Positions 48,932 through 58,427 of a stretch of DNA of 64,000 nt are shown piece by piece. The translations under genes and the position numbers were made by a program. The stretch comes from Candidatus Zhuqueibacterota bacterium (GTDB lineage: Bacteria; Zhuqueibacterota; Zhuqueibacteria; Thermofontimicrobiales; Thermofontimicrobiaceae). A model generated the notes under the pieces. It worked only from the letters and a program-made list of their open reading frames with translations, was not told the DNA's origin and did not search any database. The stretch is from contig JBMOPW010000035.1 of the NCBI GenBank assembly GCA_049322915.1, forward strand, positions 1 to 64,000. The letters run 5' to 3'. Position 1 is the stretch's first letter, and the number at the start of each line of letters is the position of its first letter.

Positions 48932-51715
48932 ATGATGATGAAATGCTCGCCTCAGTACCTTTTTTTTCTCTTTCAAATTGCCGCATTGGGAATTATCTTT
49001 CTTGCAGTTTTGAACAGCGCGGCCCTTGCGAATCCCGCATCCAGGCCGGCAATTTCCAATGTGCGCACTGAATACAAAATCAATCCCATTGGCGTCGACG
49101 TGAGGCTCCCCCGGCTGAACTGGGAAATCACTTCTTCAGCGCGCGGCGTGAAACAGACTGCCTACCAAATCGTAGCCGCAGCGAATTCAGACGACCTGAA
49201 GCAGGGAAAAAATTTGCTGTGGGATTCCGGCAAAACGGCGTCGGATCAGTCCATTCACGTTGTCTACCAGGGCCCGGCGTTGCAGTCTGGCCAGCGGATT
49301 TACTGGCAGGTGCGCATCTGGGATGAAAGAGATCGCGTATCCGATTGGAGCAATATGGCATTCTGGGAAATGGGGCTGCTCGACCCGTCTGATTGGCGCG
49401 CGTCGTGGATTCATCCGGCCATCGAGGAAGATGCCACCAAAGCGCAGCCCTGCCCGTTCCTGAGAAAGGAATTCGAACTGGCAAAGCCGGTCAAATCGGC
49501 GCGGGCCTATGTTTCGGCGCTTGGTCTGTACGAAATGCGCGTCAATGGAAAACGCGTCGGCGATGAAGTGCTTACGCCCGGCTGGACCAGCTACAACAAA
49601 CGGCTGCAATACCAGTCCTACGACATCTCCGGTCTTTTAAAGCCCGGCCGGAACGCCATTGGCGCGATTCTCGGCGATGGCTGGTACCGCGGATTTTCCA
49701 GTTGGGATATGAAGCGAAATTTTTACGGCGACTCATTAGCGTTGCTTCTTCAGATCAAGGTGACCTTTCAGGACGGGACGTCTGAAATGATTGTCACCGA
49801 CGGGTCATGGAAATCCGCCACCGGCCCCATTCTGGAATCCGATATTTACAACGGCGAAGTGTACGATGCCCGTCTCGAAAAACCAGGCTGGAGCAATATC
49901 GGTTTCGACGACAGCGACTGGAATCCGGTGACGTTTCCCGACCATTCCAAAGACATGCTGGTGGCGTCGTACGGGCCGCCGGTGCGTCGAATTCAGGAAA
50001 TCAAACCGATCAGTCTTTTGAAAACACCGAGCGGCGAAACGGTTGTTGACATGGGGCAGAATATGGTCGGCTGGATTCGATTGAAAGTGAAAGGCCCGGC
50101 AGGGACAACAGTCAAGTTGAAGCACGCCGAAGTCCTGGACAAAGAAGGAAACCTGTACACTGAAAATCTCCGCAAGGCCAAACAGCGAATCGAGTACACC
50201 CTCAAAGGCGATACTGAAGAAATTTATGAGCCGCATTTCACGTTCATGGGATTCCGTTATGTTGCGGTCGAAGGTTATCCCGGCGAGCTTGACCTCACCA
50301 GTCTGACCGGCGTGGTCGTTCACTCCGACATGACCCCGGCTGGAAATTTCCAGTGCAGCAATCCGATGATCAATCAGCTTCAGCATAATATTCAATGGGG
50401 CCAAAAGGGCAATTTCGTGGATGTGCCCACGGATTGTCCCCAGCGCGACGAGCGCATGGGCTGGACCGGCGACGCCCAGGTGTTTGCTCCCACGGCGTGT
50501 TTCAACTATGACGCCGCATCGTTTTATACAAAATGGCTGAGAGACGTGGCCGCCGATCAATTCGAGAATGGCTCGGTCCCCCATGTGATTCCGGATGTGT
50601 TAAAGTCCGGCGGCTCCGCAGCCTGGGCCGACGCGGCGGTGATCGTTCCCTGGACGGTTTACCTGCAATACGGGGATCGACGAATTCTGGAACAGCAATA
50701 TGCCAGCATGAAAGCCTGGGTCGATTACATGAAAAGCCAGGCTGGCGAATCCTGTCTTTGGAAATCCGGCGGCCATTTCGGCGACTGGTTGGCCTTTGCG
50801 ACCAACCGTTCCGACTATCCCGGGGCCACAACCGAAAAAGACCTCATCGCCAATGCCTATTTCGCGCGCTCGACCCACATTGTCCAGCGAACAGCAGCCC
50901 TTTTGGACCGAACTGAAGATGCTGAATATTATGCCCGGTTAGCCGAGAAGGTAAAGCAGGCGTTCCAGCAGGAATACATCACGCCGAACGGGAGAATTGT
51001 TTCCAACACGCAGACCGCGTTTTCATTGGCATTGGAATTCGATTTGTACCCGGAATCCTTGAAACAGCGAGCGGCCCGGTTTTTGGCCGACGATGTGGAA
51101 AAATTTAAACATATCACGACCGGATTTGTCGGCTCTCCGCTGCTCTGCGACGCGCTCCGGGATAACGGATACATCGATTTGGTCTACATGCTTTTGAATC
51201 GGACAGATTATCCTTCGTGGCTGTACCCGATAACAAAGGGCGCGACCACTATCTGGGAGCGATGGGATGGCATCAAGCCGGACGGCAGTTTCCAGGACGC
51301 CGGCATGAATTCATTCAATCATTACGCTTACGGCGCTATCGGCGATTGGATGTATCGGGAGATTGCCGGCATTCAGATCGATCCCTCAGCGCCAGGCTAC
51401 AAACATTGTATTTTCCAGCCCCGGCCGGGCGGGAATCTTACTTCTGCGTCAGCGGAACATCATTCAATGTACGGGAAAATTCAGTCCGCCTGGAAGATCG
51501 ATGGTATAAATTTCGCGCTGACCATCTCCATCCCACCGAACACCAGCGGGACAGTTATGCTCCCGAACGCCAGACTCGATCTGGTCACTGAAAATGGGAA
51601 GCGGCTTTCTGATGTGGACGGAATTACAAATTTCTCAGAAGCACAAAATGCAGTTCGCGTCGAACTCGGTTCCGGCAATTACCTGTTTCAATATCAATGG
51701 AAAAATACAAATTAA
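48932..51715 (+). CDS. GH78 alpha-L-rhamnosidase, secreted
   Basis: VDMGQNMVG, PTDCPQRDERMGWTGDAQ, GATTIWERW, MNSFNHYAYGA; signal peptide. ATG at 48932 follows GAGG. Confidence 0.95.
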   Translation: MMMKCSPQYLFFLFQIAALGIIFLAVLNSAALANPASRPAISNVRTEYKINPIGVDVRLPRLNWEITSSARGVKQTAYQIVAAANSDDLKQGKNLLWDSGKTASDQSIHVVYQGPALQSGQRIYWQVRIWDERDRVSDWSNMAFWEMGLLDPSDWRASWIHPAIEEDATKAQPCPFLRKEFELAKPVKSARAYVSALGLYEMRVNGKRVGDEVLTPGWTSYNKRLQYQSYDISGLLKPGRNAIGAILGDGWYRGFSSWDMKRNFYGDSLALLLQIKVTFQDGTSEMIVTDGSWKSATGPILESDIYNGEVYDARLEKPGWSNIGFDDSDWNPVTFPDHSKDMLVASYGPPVRRIQEIKPISLLKTPSGETVVDMGQNMVGWIRLKVKGPAGTTVKLKHAEVLDKEGNLYTENLRKAKQRIEYTLKGDTEEIYEPHFTFMGFRYVAVEGYPGELDLTSLTGVVVHSDMTPAGNFQCSNPMINQLQHNIQWGQKGNFVDVPTDCPQRDERMGWTGDAQVFAPTACFNYDAASFYTKWLRDVAADQFENGSVPHVIPDVLKSGGSAAWADAAVIVPWTVYLQYGDRRILEQQYASMKAWVDYMKSQAGESCLWKSGGHFGDWLAFATNRSDYPGATTEKDLIANAYFARSTHIVQRTAALLDRTEDAEYYARLAEKVKQAFQQEYITPNGRIVSNTQTAFSLALEFDLYPESLKQRAARFLADDVEKFKHITTGFVGSPLLCDALRDNGYIDLVYMLLNRTDYPSWLYPITKGATTIWERWDGIKPDGSFQDAGMNSFNHYAYGAIGDWMYREIAGIQIDPSAPGYKHCIFQPRPGGNLTSASAEHHSMYGKIQSAWKIDGINFALTISIPPNTSGTVMLPNARLDLVTENGKRLSDVDGITNFSEAQNAVRVELGSGNYLFQYQWKNTN

Positions 51716-51730
51716 CGAGGAACGAAATTC

Positions 51731-53140
51731 ATGCCAGGAAAAAATATTGTCAACCATCTGAACGCTGTGGTAGAATTTGAGCGGACGCCGGTGCCGCCTG
51801 AAAAATGGAAAGGCTGGAGCAAATTCATCGGGATGTACGCCGGGGAGCACACAGCCGGGACAGAATTTGTGATTGGGCCGATGTTCGTTGCTCACGGAAT
51901 CGGCGCCAGCGATTTGCTGCTCGGCCTTTTAGCCGGCAATTTATTGGCGGTGTTAAGCTGGGCGTTTCTGTGCGCGCCCATCGCAACGAAGACGCGCCTG
52001 ACGCTCTATTACTCGCTGGAAAAAATCTGCGGCGTAAAGCTGACAAGAATTTACGACGCTGTGAACGGACTGATGTTTTGCTTTTTGGCCGGCGCGATGA
52101 TCGCTGTTTCCGCCACGGCTGTGGGGATTCCGTTCAATTTAACCATGCCCTCACTGAGCGACTGGCTGCCCAACAGCGTCGGCTGGGTCATCGCTGTGCT
52201 GCTGATTGGCGCTGCCACAACGATCGTCGCAGCGTTTGGGTACGACCATGTTTCGCGGTTCGCCAATATCGCTGCGCCGTGGATGATCCTCGTATTCATC
52301 GCGGCTGCCATCGCCATTCTGCCGAATTTGGGTGTGCATTCGCCGTCGGATTTCTGGACAGTCGCCAACGAAAAAATCTGGACCGGCGTACCTCTGGCCG
52401 GGTATAGCAAATTTACATTCTGGCACGTCATGTTCTTCGCCTGGTTCTGCAACATGGCCATGCATATCGGCATGTCCGACCTGTCGATTTTGCGCTACGC
52501 CAAAAAATGGCACCACGGCTTTTCCTCCGCGGCCGGCATGTTTGTGGGACATTACATCGCCTGGGTGGCGTCGGGAATTCTCTATTCACTGTTTTTACTG
52601 GAATCAAATTACAGCTTCGAATTTGCCCCGGGTCCAATCGCGTACCGCGCGGCCGGAATTGCCGGCCTCGTCTGCGTCATCCTCGCCGGCTGGACGACCG
52701 CCAATCCGACGATTTATCGGGCCGGTCTGGCCTTGCAGGCCATGAAGCCCACATGGAAAACGTGGAAAGTAACATTTCTGGTCGGAACGATCACCAGCCT
52801 CGCCGCCTGCTTTCCGGCCCTGGTTATGAAACTACTGGACTTTGTCGCGCTGTACGGGTTGCTGCTCATGCCCATGGGCGCCATCATTTTGATGGACTTT
52901 TACATCATCCCAAAAATCGGATTGAAACAAAATTTCTCTGAAGCGTTTGGAAGATCATTCAACATGGCCGCGGCGCTCACCTGGGTGATTTGTCTCGGCT
53001 TCTGCTTATTTCTGAATTTGTATTATAAAGTCGAAATTTTCTTTTTGGGCCTGCCCGGCTGGTTTGTGGCGGCTGCATTGTATTTGATATTCAGTAAATT
53101 TGTCCAAAAAAACTATGTGAAAAGGAGCGTCGGATTGTGA
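51731..53140 (+). CDS. NCS1/purine-cytosine permease-like transporter
   Basis: About 12 TM segments; GEHTAGTEFVIGP, AGWTTANPTIY. Confidence 0.8.
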   Translation: MPGKNIVNHLNAVVEFERTPVPPEKWKGWSKFIGMYAGEHTAGTEFVIGPMFVAHGIGASDLLLGLLAGNLLAVLSWAFLCAPIATKTRLTLYYSLEKICGVKLTRIYDAVNGLMFCFLAGAMIAVSATAVGIPFNLTMPSLSDWLPNSVGWVIAVLLIGAATTIVAAFGYDHVSRFANIAAPWMILVFIAAAIAILPNLGVHSPSDFWTVANEKIWTGVPLAGYSKFTFWHVMFFAWFCNMAMHIGMSDLSILRYAKKWHHGFSSAAGMFVGHYIAWVASGILYSLFLLESNYSFEFAPGPIAYRAAGIAGLVCVILAGWTTANPTIYRAGLALQAMKPTWKTWKVTFLVGTITSLAACFPALVMKLLDFVALYGLLLMPMGAIILMDFYIIPKIGLKQNFSEAFGRSFNMAAALTWVICLGFCLFLNLYYKVEIFFLGLPGWFVAAALYLIFSKFVQKNYVKRSVGL

Positions 53141-53316
53141 GGATATTTTATATTTTCATTTCGATCATCGGATTAGCCTTGACGCTGTTGCCTTCCGTAC
53201 TCGTGTTTTTCGGAAAAATTCAGTTCGAATACCACAGAACCCTGATGCTGGTTGGCACTCTGCTGTGGTTCATTGCAGCGCCCCTGTGGATGAAGCGAGA
53301 GACGAACAACGTGTAA
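53137..53316 (+). CDS. 59-aa two-TM membrane protein coupled to the transporter
   Basis: GTG overlaps the transporter TGA (GTGA); AAGGAG RBS; MRIFYIFISIIGLALTLLPSVLVFFGKIQFEYHRTLMLVGTLLWFIAAPLWMKRETNNV. Confidence 0.8.
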   Translation: MRIFYIFISIIGLALTLLPSVLVFFGKIQFEYHRTLMLVGTLLWFIAAPLWMKRETNNV

Positions 53317-53734
53317 TGTCTCTTCGCTGTGCAGCAGTCGCTGCCACCAAATTTTTTTTCTGAAAATTTACTGTTTGAATGTATAGTAATTTCAGAGTGT
53401 TGATAGGAAGCCACTAAAAATAAGTCGCGCGATCCATGGACTGCTTTTTTGAGCGGCAGCCTTGTTAGATGCATCGCTGATCGGGCAGTATGTATCCACC
53501 AAACCAGAGGAGACATACCACACGGATGATACGGGTTTTCTCAAGTGCGAGCTTTGTGGTAAAAATTCTTTTGCACAAAAACCAAAGAATTAACTTGTTA
53601 TACTATAGACCCTGGGTGAATAAATTCGCTGAATCGATTGCGTATACCTTTTTTATAAAATGAGAGTCCCCCCTTCTGTTTTCTCGAATAAAAAAAGTCT
53701 GAGCAACCCTGGAGACAATCAATCAAGGTGCGGA

Positions 53735-56700
53735 ATGCATTATTTTCAATTCAGCAGAAGATTTTTATGTGTCATGATGCTGCTGTTTGGCCTGACTCCC
53801 ATTCAAATCCTCGCTCAAAATAACCAATTTGTATTCAAACACATCACCGTTGAAGACGGTTTATCCCAGAATCTCGTTTATGCCATCCGGCAGGATCGCA
53901 ACGGCTTCATGTGGTTTGGAACGCAAGACGGACTCAATCGTTACGACGGGTACACCTTCACCATTTTCCAGTACAATCCGTATGATTCCACCTCCATTGC
54001 TGGACATGAAATCAGGGCGCTGTTCGAAGATAAAGCCGGGAACCTCTGGATCGGTGCCGCGGGACTGAGCCGCTTCGAGCCGATGTCGGAAACATTCGTT
54101 CGATTTGTTCACCAACCGAACAACCCCAATAGCCTCAGCAACAATAACGTCCAGGCGATTTGCGAAGATCAAAACGGCGCGCTGTGGATCGGCACGGACG
54201 ATGGGCTAAACCAGATCACGCTCAAACAACGGTCAGATAACCATCGATCCACAGAATCCACCATTTCCTTTAAGCAGTATCGGCACGACCCACAAAATCC
54301 CCGAAGCCTGAGCCATTACACGATCTCAGCGCTTCTCGTGGACAGGCATGGCTCGCTCTGGATTGGCACGAATAAAGGCCTGAACCGGGCGCTCCTGACG
54401 CCGGATTCCGGTTGCGACGTTGCCTTCGTGCGTTATACCAGCGAAGCGCCGGCGCCCTGTGGCATCGCAGACGATCTCATCACCTGTCTTCATGAAGATC
54501 GACTGGGCCGACTCTGGATCGGCACGCCATCGGGTTTGTTCCGGATGAATAACGGCGGGAATGGATTCAGCCACTACCCCTTTCCGGCCGGCATTTTTAA
54601 CTGGCGCTGGCAGGGAATTATTAAGGCGATCCTTGACCGCGCCGACGGCCACCTCTGGATCGGAACATTAGCCGGCCTGGCGTTGTTCGATACCACGACC
54701 GGAGCTTATCAATTCATCCCGCACGATTGCTCCGATCCTGCCGGTATCAATGATTATGGCATTCTCTGTATCTACCGGGATCACGGCGATGTTGTCTGGT
54801 TCGGCACTGCCGGTAAGGGGATTAACCGGCTGAATCCGCATACGAAGGCTTTTGTCCACTATGGCGGTCTTTCTCAACGATCACCGGGTCAGCATGCCTT
54901 CAGTGTGGTCGCGATGAACGAGGATCAGTACGGAACGCTGTGGATCAGCGCCAACAATCGTCTTTACCATCTCGATCGCGCCGATGGAAAGTGGCGGGAA
55001 TTCGAAAGCGACATGACGCCGGTTGGTTCGATGCTGATGGATCGACTGGGGATTATCTGGTTTCCAACGAGCAGCGGCTTGTGGGAATATGACCCGACAA
55101 GTCGCCAGATGACGCGACATCGACACAACCCGGACATTGATGGAACCCTCCCCTCGGATGCCATCTGTCGCGTCATCGAGGGCGAATCTGATGCGATATG
55201 GGCGCTGACTGTTGGCGGCATGCTCTGTCGCTTTGACCGACAGAGTCGCCGGTTCACCACCACGAAAATTCCTGACGCCGAAATGGCCATGTTTTACAGC
55301 GCCTATCGGGACCCGGAGGGCATTTTCTGGCTGGGAAGCGACGCCGGGTTGATTCGTTTCAATGTGAATGATTCATCGGTGCATTACTATCGCAACGATC
55401 CCTCAAAATTATCAAGCCTGAGCGACGACGTAATCTATTCCATTCTCGCTGATCCGGGCCAGCCGCAGCGATTCCTCTGGTTAGGAACGGCTGGCGGCGG
55501 GCTCAATCGTTTCGACATTCGGGCCGAAGAGTTCGTTCATTTCACCAAGAAAGATGGCCTGCCGAATGATGTGATTTACGGGATCCTGCCGGACCGTCTG
55601 GGCCGATTATGGTTGAGCACCAATTACGGTCTATCGGTCTTCGATCCGCAGCGTAGTACATTTCGAAATTTCGATCGTCGGGATGGTCTGCAAAGCAACG
55701 AATTCAATCGCGGCGCTTATTTCCTGAACAGGAAGGGAGAGATGTTCTTTGGCGGTATTAACGGACTGAATGCGTTTTACCCGGACAGCATCCGCGACAA
55801 TCCCCACGCGCCTCCCGTTGTAATCACCGATTTTCAGTTGGCATACCAATCGGTCTCGTTCCGGGAGCCTGATTCACCGCTGAAACAGCCATTATCTGAG
55901 ACCAAAGAGATTCGTCTGGCGCATGATCAGAACACCATTGCGTTCGAGTTCGCAGCGCTGGATTTCACCGAGCCGGTTAAAAATCGTTATGCTTACAAAC
56001 TGCAAGACTTCAATCCGCAGTGGGTAATGGCCGGAACCAATCGCAGAGCAACCTATACCAATCTGTCTCCGGGCGCTTATGTGTTCCAGGTGAAGGGCGC
56101 CAACAACGATGGCGTCTGGAATGAGAAAGGGACATCGATTCGGATCATCATTGCACCGCCGTTCTGGAAGACCTGGTGGGCTTATGCCGGCTACCTGATC
56201 CTCGGCATCGGTGCGGTTATTGGCATTGTGAAAGGCCGGGTTCGCCGCCTGGAAAAACGAACGCGGGAGCTCGAAACGGCAGTTCAGCAGCGCACCGCAG
56301 AAGTCGTGGCGCGGGAGAATCAGCTCGCCATTCAAGCTGAAAAGCTTCGGGAGCTCGACCGCATCAAATCCAGCTTCTTTGCCAATATCTCGCATGAGTT
56401 CCGCACGCCGCTGACGCTGATCCTGGGACCGGTGCAACGCTTGATCAGTGAAGTGGCGGAATTAGACGTCAAACACGAGCTGCGCCGGATTCAAAAAAAT
56501 GCCGGGCGCCTGCTGCGCCTCGTCAATCAATTGCTGGATCTTTCGAAATTGGAAAGCGGCAAAATGTCCGTACAGGCGCGCCGGGGAAATATTGTTCCCC
56601 TGCTTCAGGGCATCACTATGTCCTTTGCCTCGCTGGCGGAGCAGAAGCAAATCACACTGGGCTTTCATTCCGAAGCCGAAGAGATTGTCCTTTACTTCGA

Positions 56701-58009
56701 CCAGGACAAAATCGAAAAAATTTTTTATAACCTGCTCGCCAATGCCTTTAAGTTCACGCCGGAGGGCGGCAGTGTGGACGTGGCAGTTGAAATCCCCTCT
56801 CCCGAAGAACAAAGGGTGCAAAGCGAACAGCGAAAAACGCTCGCCACGCCCAACGCTTTACGCGCCGCGTTTATTCAGATCACTGTCAAAGACACCGGCA
56901 TCGGCATCCCCGCCGACCGACTGCCGCATATCTTCGATCGCTTTTATCAGGTCGACCACTCCAGCACCCGGGAGCATGAAGGCGCCGGCATTGGGCTGTC
57001 GCTGGTGAAAGAACTGGTAACGTTGCATCATGGCAGCGTCGCGGTCGCCAGCGTCGAAAAACAAGGCAGCACATTCACTGTCCTTCTGCCGCTGGGCAGA
57101 GAAGCGTTTGACCAGGACGAAATCAGCGATTCGGTTGCGCCGACTGAGTTGATGGACACCCCGGCAGCTATTGTAGCGCCGGATGAATTTGACGGGAAAA
57201 TATCGGAATCAACATCCGTTTCCGATGACCCAAAATGCACGACCGACGAGTTGGATACCATTGTGCTCGTGGTAGAAGATCACGCCGAGGTGCGGGCTTA
57301 TATTCGCGAATTTCTCGACGCCCGATACCGGGTGATTGAAGCCGGCGATGGCGCAGAAGGCGTCGTGAAAGCACAGGCAGTTATTCCGGATCTGGTTATC
57401 GGCGATGTGATGATGCCCCGGATGGACGGCTACGAAATGTGCCAGGCGTTGAAAACCGATGAGCGCACCAGCCATATCCCGGTCATCCTGCTGACAGCGC
57501 GGGCAGCGCTCGAAGATAAAGTGGCTGGCCTCAAAACCGGGGCTGACGATTATCTCACCAAACCCTTCGAGGCAGCGGAATTGCTGGCACGGGTGGAAAA
57601 CCTCATCGCATTACGGCGTAAGCTTCGGGAACGCTGGAAGCAAACCGTCCTGCTGAAACCCGGCGAAATTGCCGCGACGCCAATCGATCAGGCGTTTCTG
57701 GAAAAAGCGCTGGCAGTGGCAGAAGCGCATCTCAGCGTAGAAGATTTCAGCATCGAAGATTTTGCCGGCCAGGTCGGCATGAGCCGCTCCCAATTGCACC
57801 GCAAGCTCCACGCCCTGACCAACCAGTCGGCCAGCTTGTTCCTGCGCTCGGTTCGTTTGCAGCGCGCCGCCCAACTGCTGAAGCAGCGCGCCGGCACCAT
57901 CGCTGAAATTACCTACCGGGTCGGCTTCTCCAGCCAGGCTTATTTCACCCGCTGTTTCAGGGAACAGTTCGGCTGCTCGCCAAAGGAATATGCATCCAGG
58001 GTCGATTGA
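53735..58009 (+). CDS. Hybrid two-component system (Reg_prop propellers, YYY, TM, HisKA, HATPase, receiver, AraC HTH)
   Basis: Repeated LWIGT; YTNLSPGAY; FFANISHEFRTPL; DVMMP; GMSRSQLHRKL; YFTRCFREQFG. Start could be 53660. Confidence 0.96.
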   Translation: MHYFQFSRRFLCVMMLLFGLTPIQILAQNNQFVFKHITVEDGLSQNLVYAIRQDRNGFMWFGTQDGLNRYDGYTFTIFQYNPYDSTSIAGHEIRALFEDKAGNLWIGAAGLSRFEPMSETFVRFVHQPNNPNSLSNNNVQAICEDQNGALWIGTDDGLNQITLKQRSDNHRSTESTISFKQYRHDPQNPRSLSHYTISALLVDRHGSLWIGTNKGLNRALLTPDSGCDVAFVRYTSEAPAPCGIADDLITCLHEDRLGRLWIGTPSGLFRMNNGGNGFSHYPFPAGIFNWRWQGIIKAILDRADGHLWIGTLAGLALFDTTTGAYQFIPHDCSDPAGINDYGILCIYRDHGDVVWFGTAGKGINRLNPHTKAFVHYGGLSQRSPGQHAFSVVAMNEDQYGTLWISANNRLYHLDRADGKWREFESDMTPVGSMLMDRLGIIWFPTSSGLWEYDPTSRQMTRHRHNPDIDGTLPSDAICRVIEGESDAIWALTVGGMLCRFDRQSRRFTTTKIPDAEMAMFYSAYRDPEGIFWLGSDAGLIRFNVNDSSVHYYRNDPSKLSSLSDDVIYSILADPGQPQRFLWLGTAGGGLNRFDIRAEEFVHFTKKDGLPNDVIYGILPDRLGRLWLSTNYGLSVFDPQRSTFRNFDRRDGLQSNEFNRGAYFLNRKGEMFFGGINGLNAFYPDSIRDNPHAPPVVITDFQLAYQSVSFREPDSPLKQPLSETKEIRLAHDQNTIAFEFAALDFTEPVKNRYAYKLQDFNPQWVMAGTNRRATYTNLSPGAYVFQVKGANNDGVWNEKGTSIRIIIAPPFWKTWWAYAGYLILGIGAVIGIVKGRVRRLEKRTRELETAVQQRTAEVVARENQLAIQAEKLRELDRIKSSFFANISHEFRTPLTLILGPVQRLISEVAELDVKHELRRIQKNAGRLLRLVNQLLDLSKLESGKMSVQARRGNIVPLLQGITMSFASLAEQKQITLGFHSEAEEIVLYFDQDKIEKIFYNLLANAFKFTPEGGSVDVAVEIPSPEEQRVQSEQRKTLATPNALRAAFIQITVKDTGIGIPADRLPHIFDRFYQVDHSSTREHEGAGIGLSLVKELVTLHHGSVAVASVEKQGSTFTVLLPLGREAFDQDEISDSVAPTELMDTPAAIVAPDEFDGKISESTSVSDDPKCTTDELDTIVLVVEDHAEVRAYIREFLDARYRVIEAGDGAEGVVKAQAVIPDLVIGDVMMPRMDGYEMCQALKTDERTSHIPVILLTARAALEDKVAGLKTGADDYLTKPFEAAELLARVENLIALRRKLRERWKQTVLLKPGEIAATPIDQAFLEKALAVAEAHLSVEDFSIEDFAGQVGMSRSQLHRKLHALTNQSASLFLRSVRLQRAAQLLKQRAGTIAEITYRVGFSSQAYFTRCFREQFGCSPKEYASRVD

Positions 58010-58029
58010 ATGAACAAACAGCAATTTAT

Positions 58030-58190
58030 AAAAATCAAATCTCAATGCTCAAATCCCAAATAAATTTCAAACTCAAAATTCAAAAGAACCGATGTCCAGG
58101 CTGGTAGGTTAGAGCACTGGATTGTTTGATATTTTTAATATTGAAAATTGTCTTTTATTTGTGATTTATTATTTGACTTTTGGGATTTAG
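58030..58190. repeat. AT-rich inverted heptamer-repeat arms (AAATCCCAAA... / ...TTTGGGATTT) with no enclosed gene
   Basis: Left arm is C/A-rich with TCAAA-type units; right arm is the complementary T/G-rich run. Confidence 0.55.
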
Positions 58191-58259
58191 TGTCTTGAAC
58201 CTCCCACCATGCTTTCGTCGAATTCCTTCTGATGATTTTCTTCAAAAAAAAATCTCCCA

Positions 58260-58292
58260 GCAACATAGCTGCAAAACTTTGCAACATAGCTG
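58260..58292 (+). promoter_or_regulatory. Direct-repeat operator, candidate AraC/HTCS binding site
   Basis: GCAACATAGCTG occurs twice with a 21-bp period, just upstream of a TATCTT -10-like element (58317). Confidence 0.7.
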
Positions 58293-58427
58293 AAAGATTT
58301 TTTCACCGGGATTTATTATCTTGCCTCATCAAATCAACGACACCGGCTTGAATTCCATCGATTCATTCAGGGGGAATTAATACATGCGGGTGGGATCACT
58401 TTTAATTTTAATGCAGGGAGAAGCATT

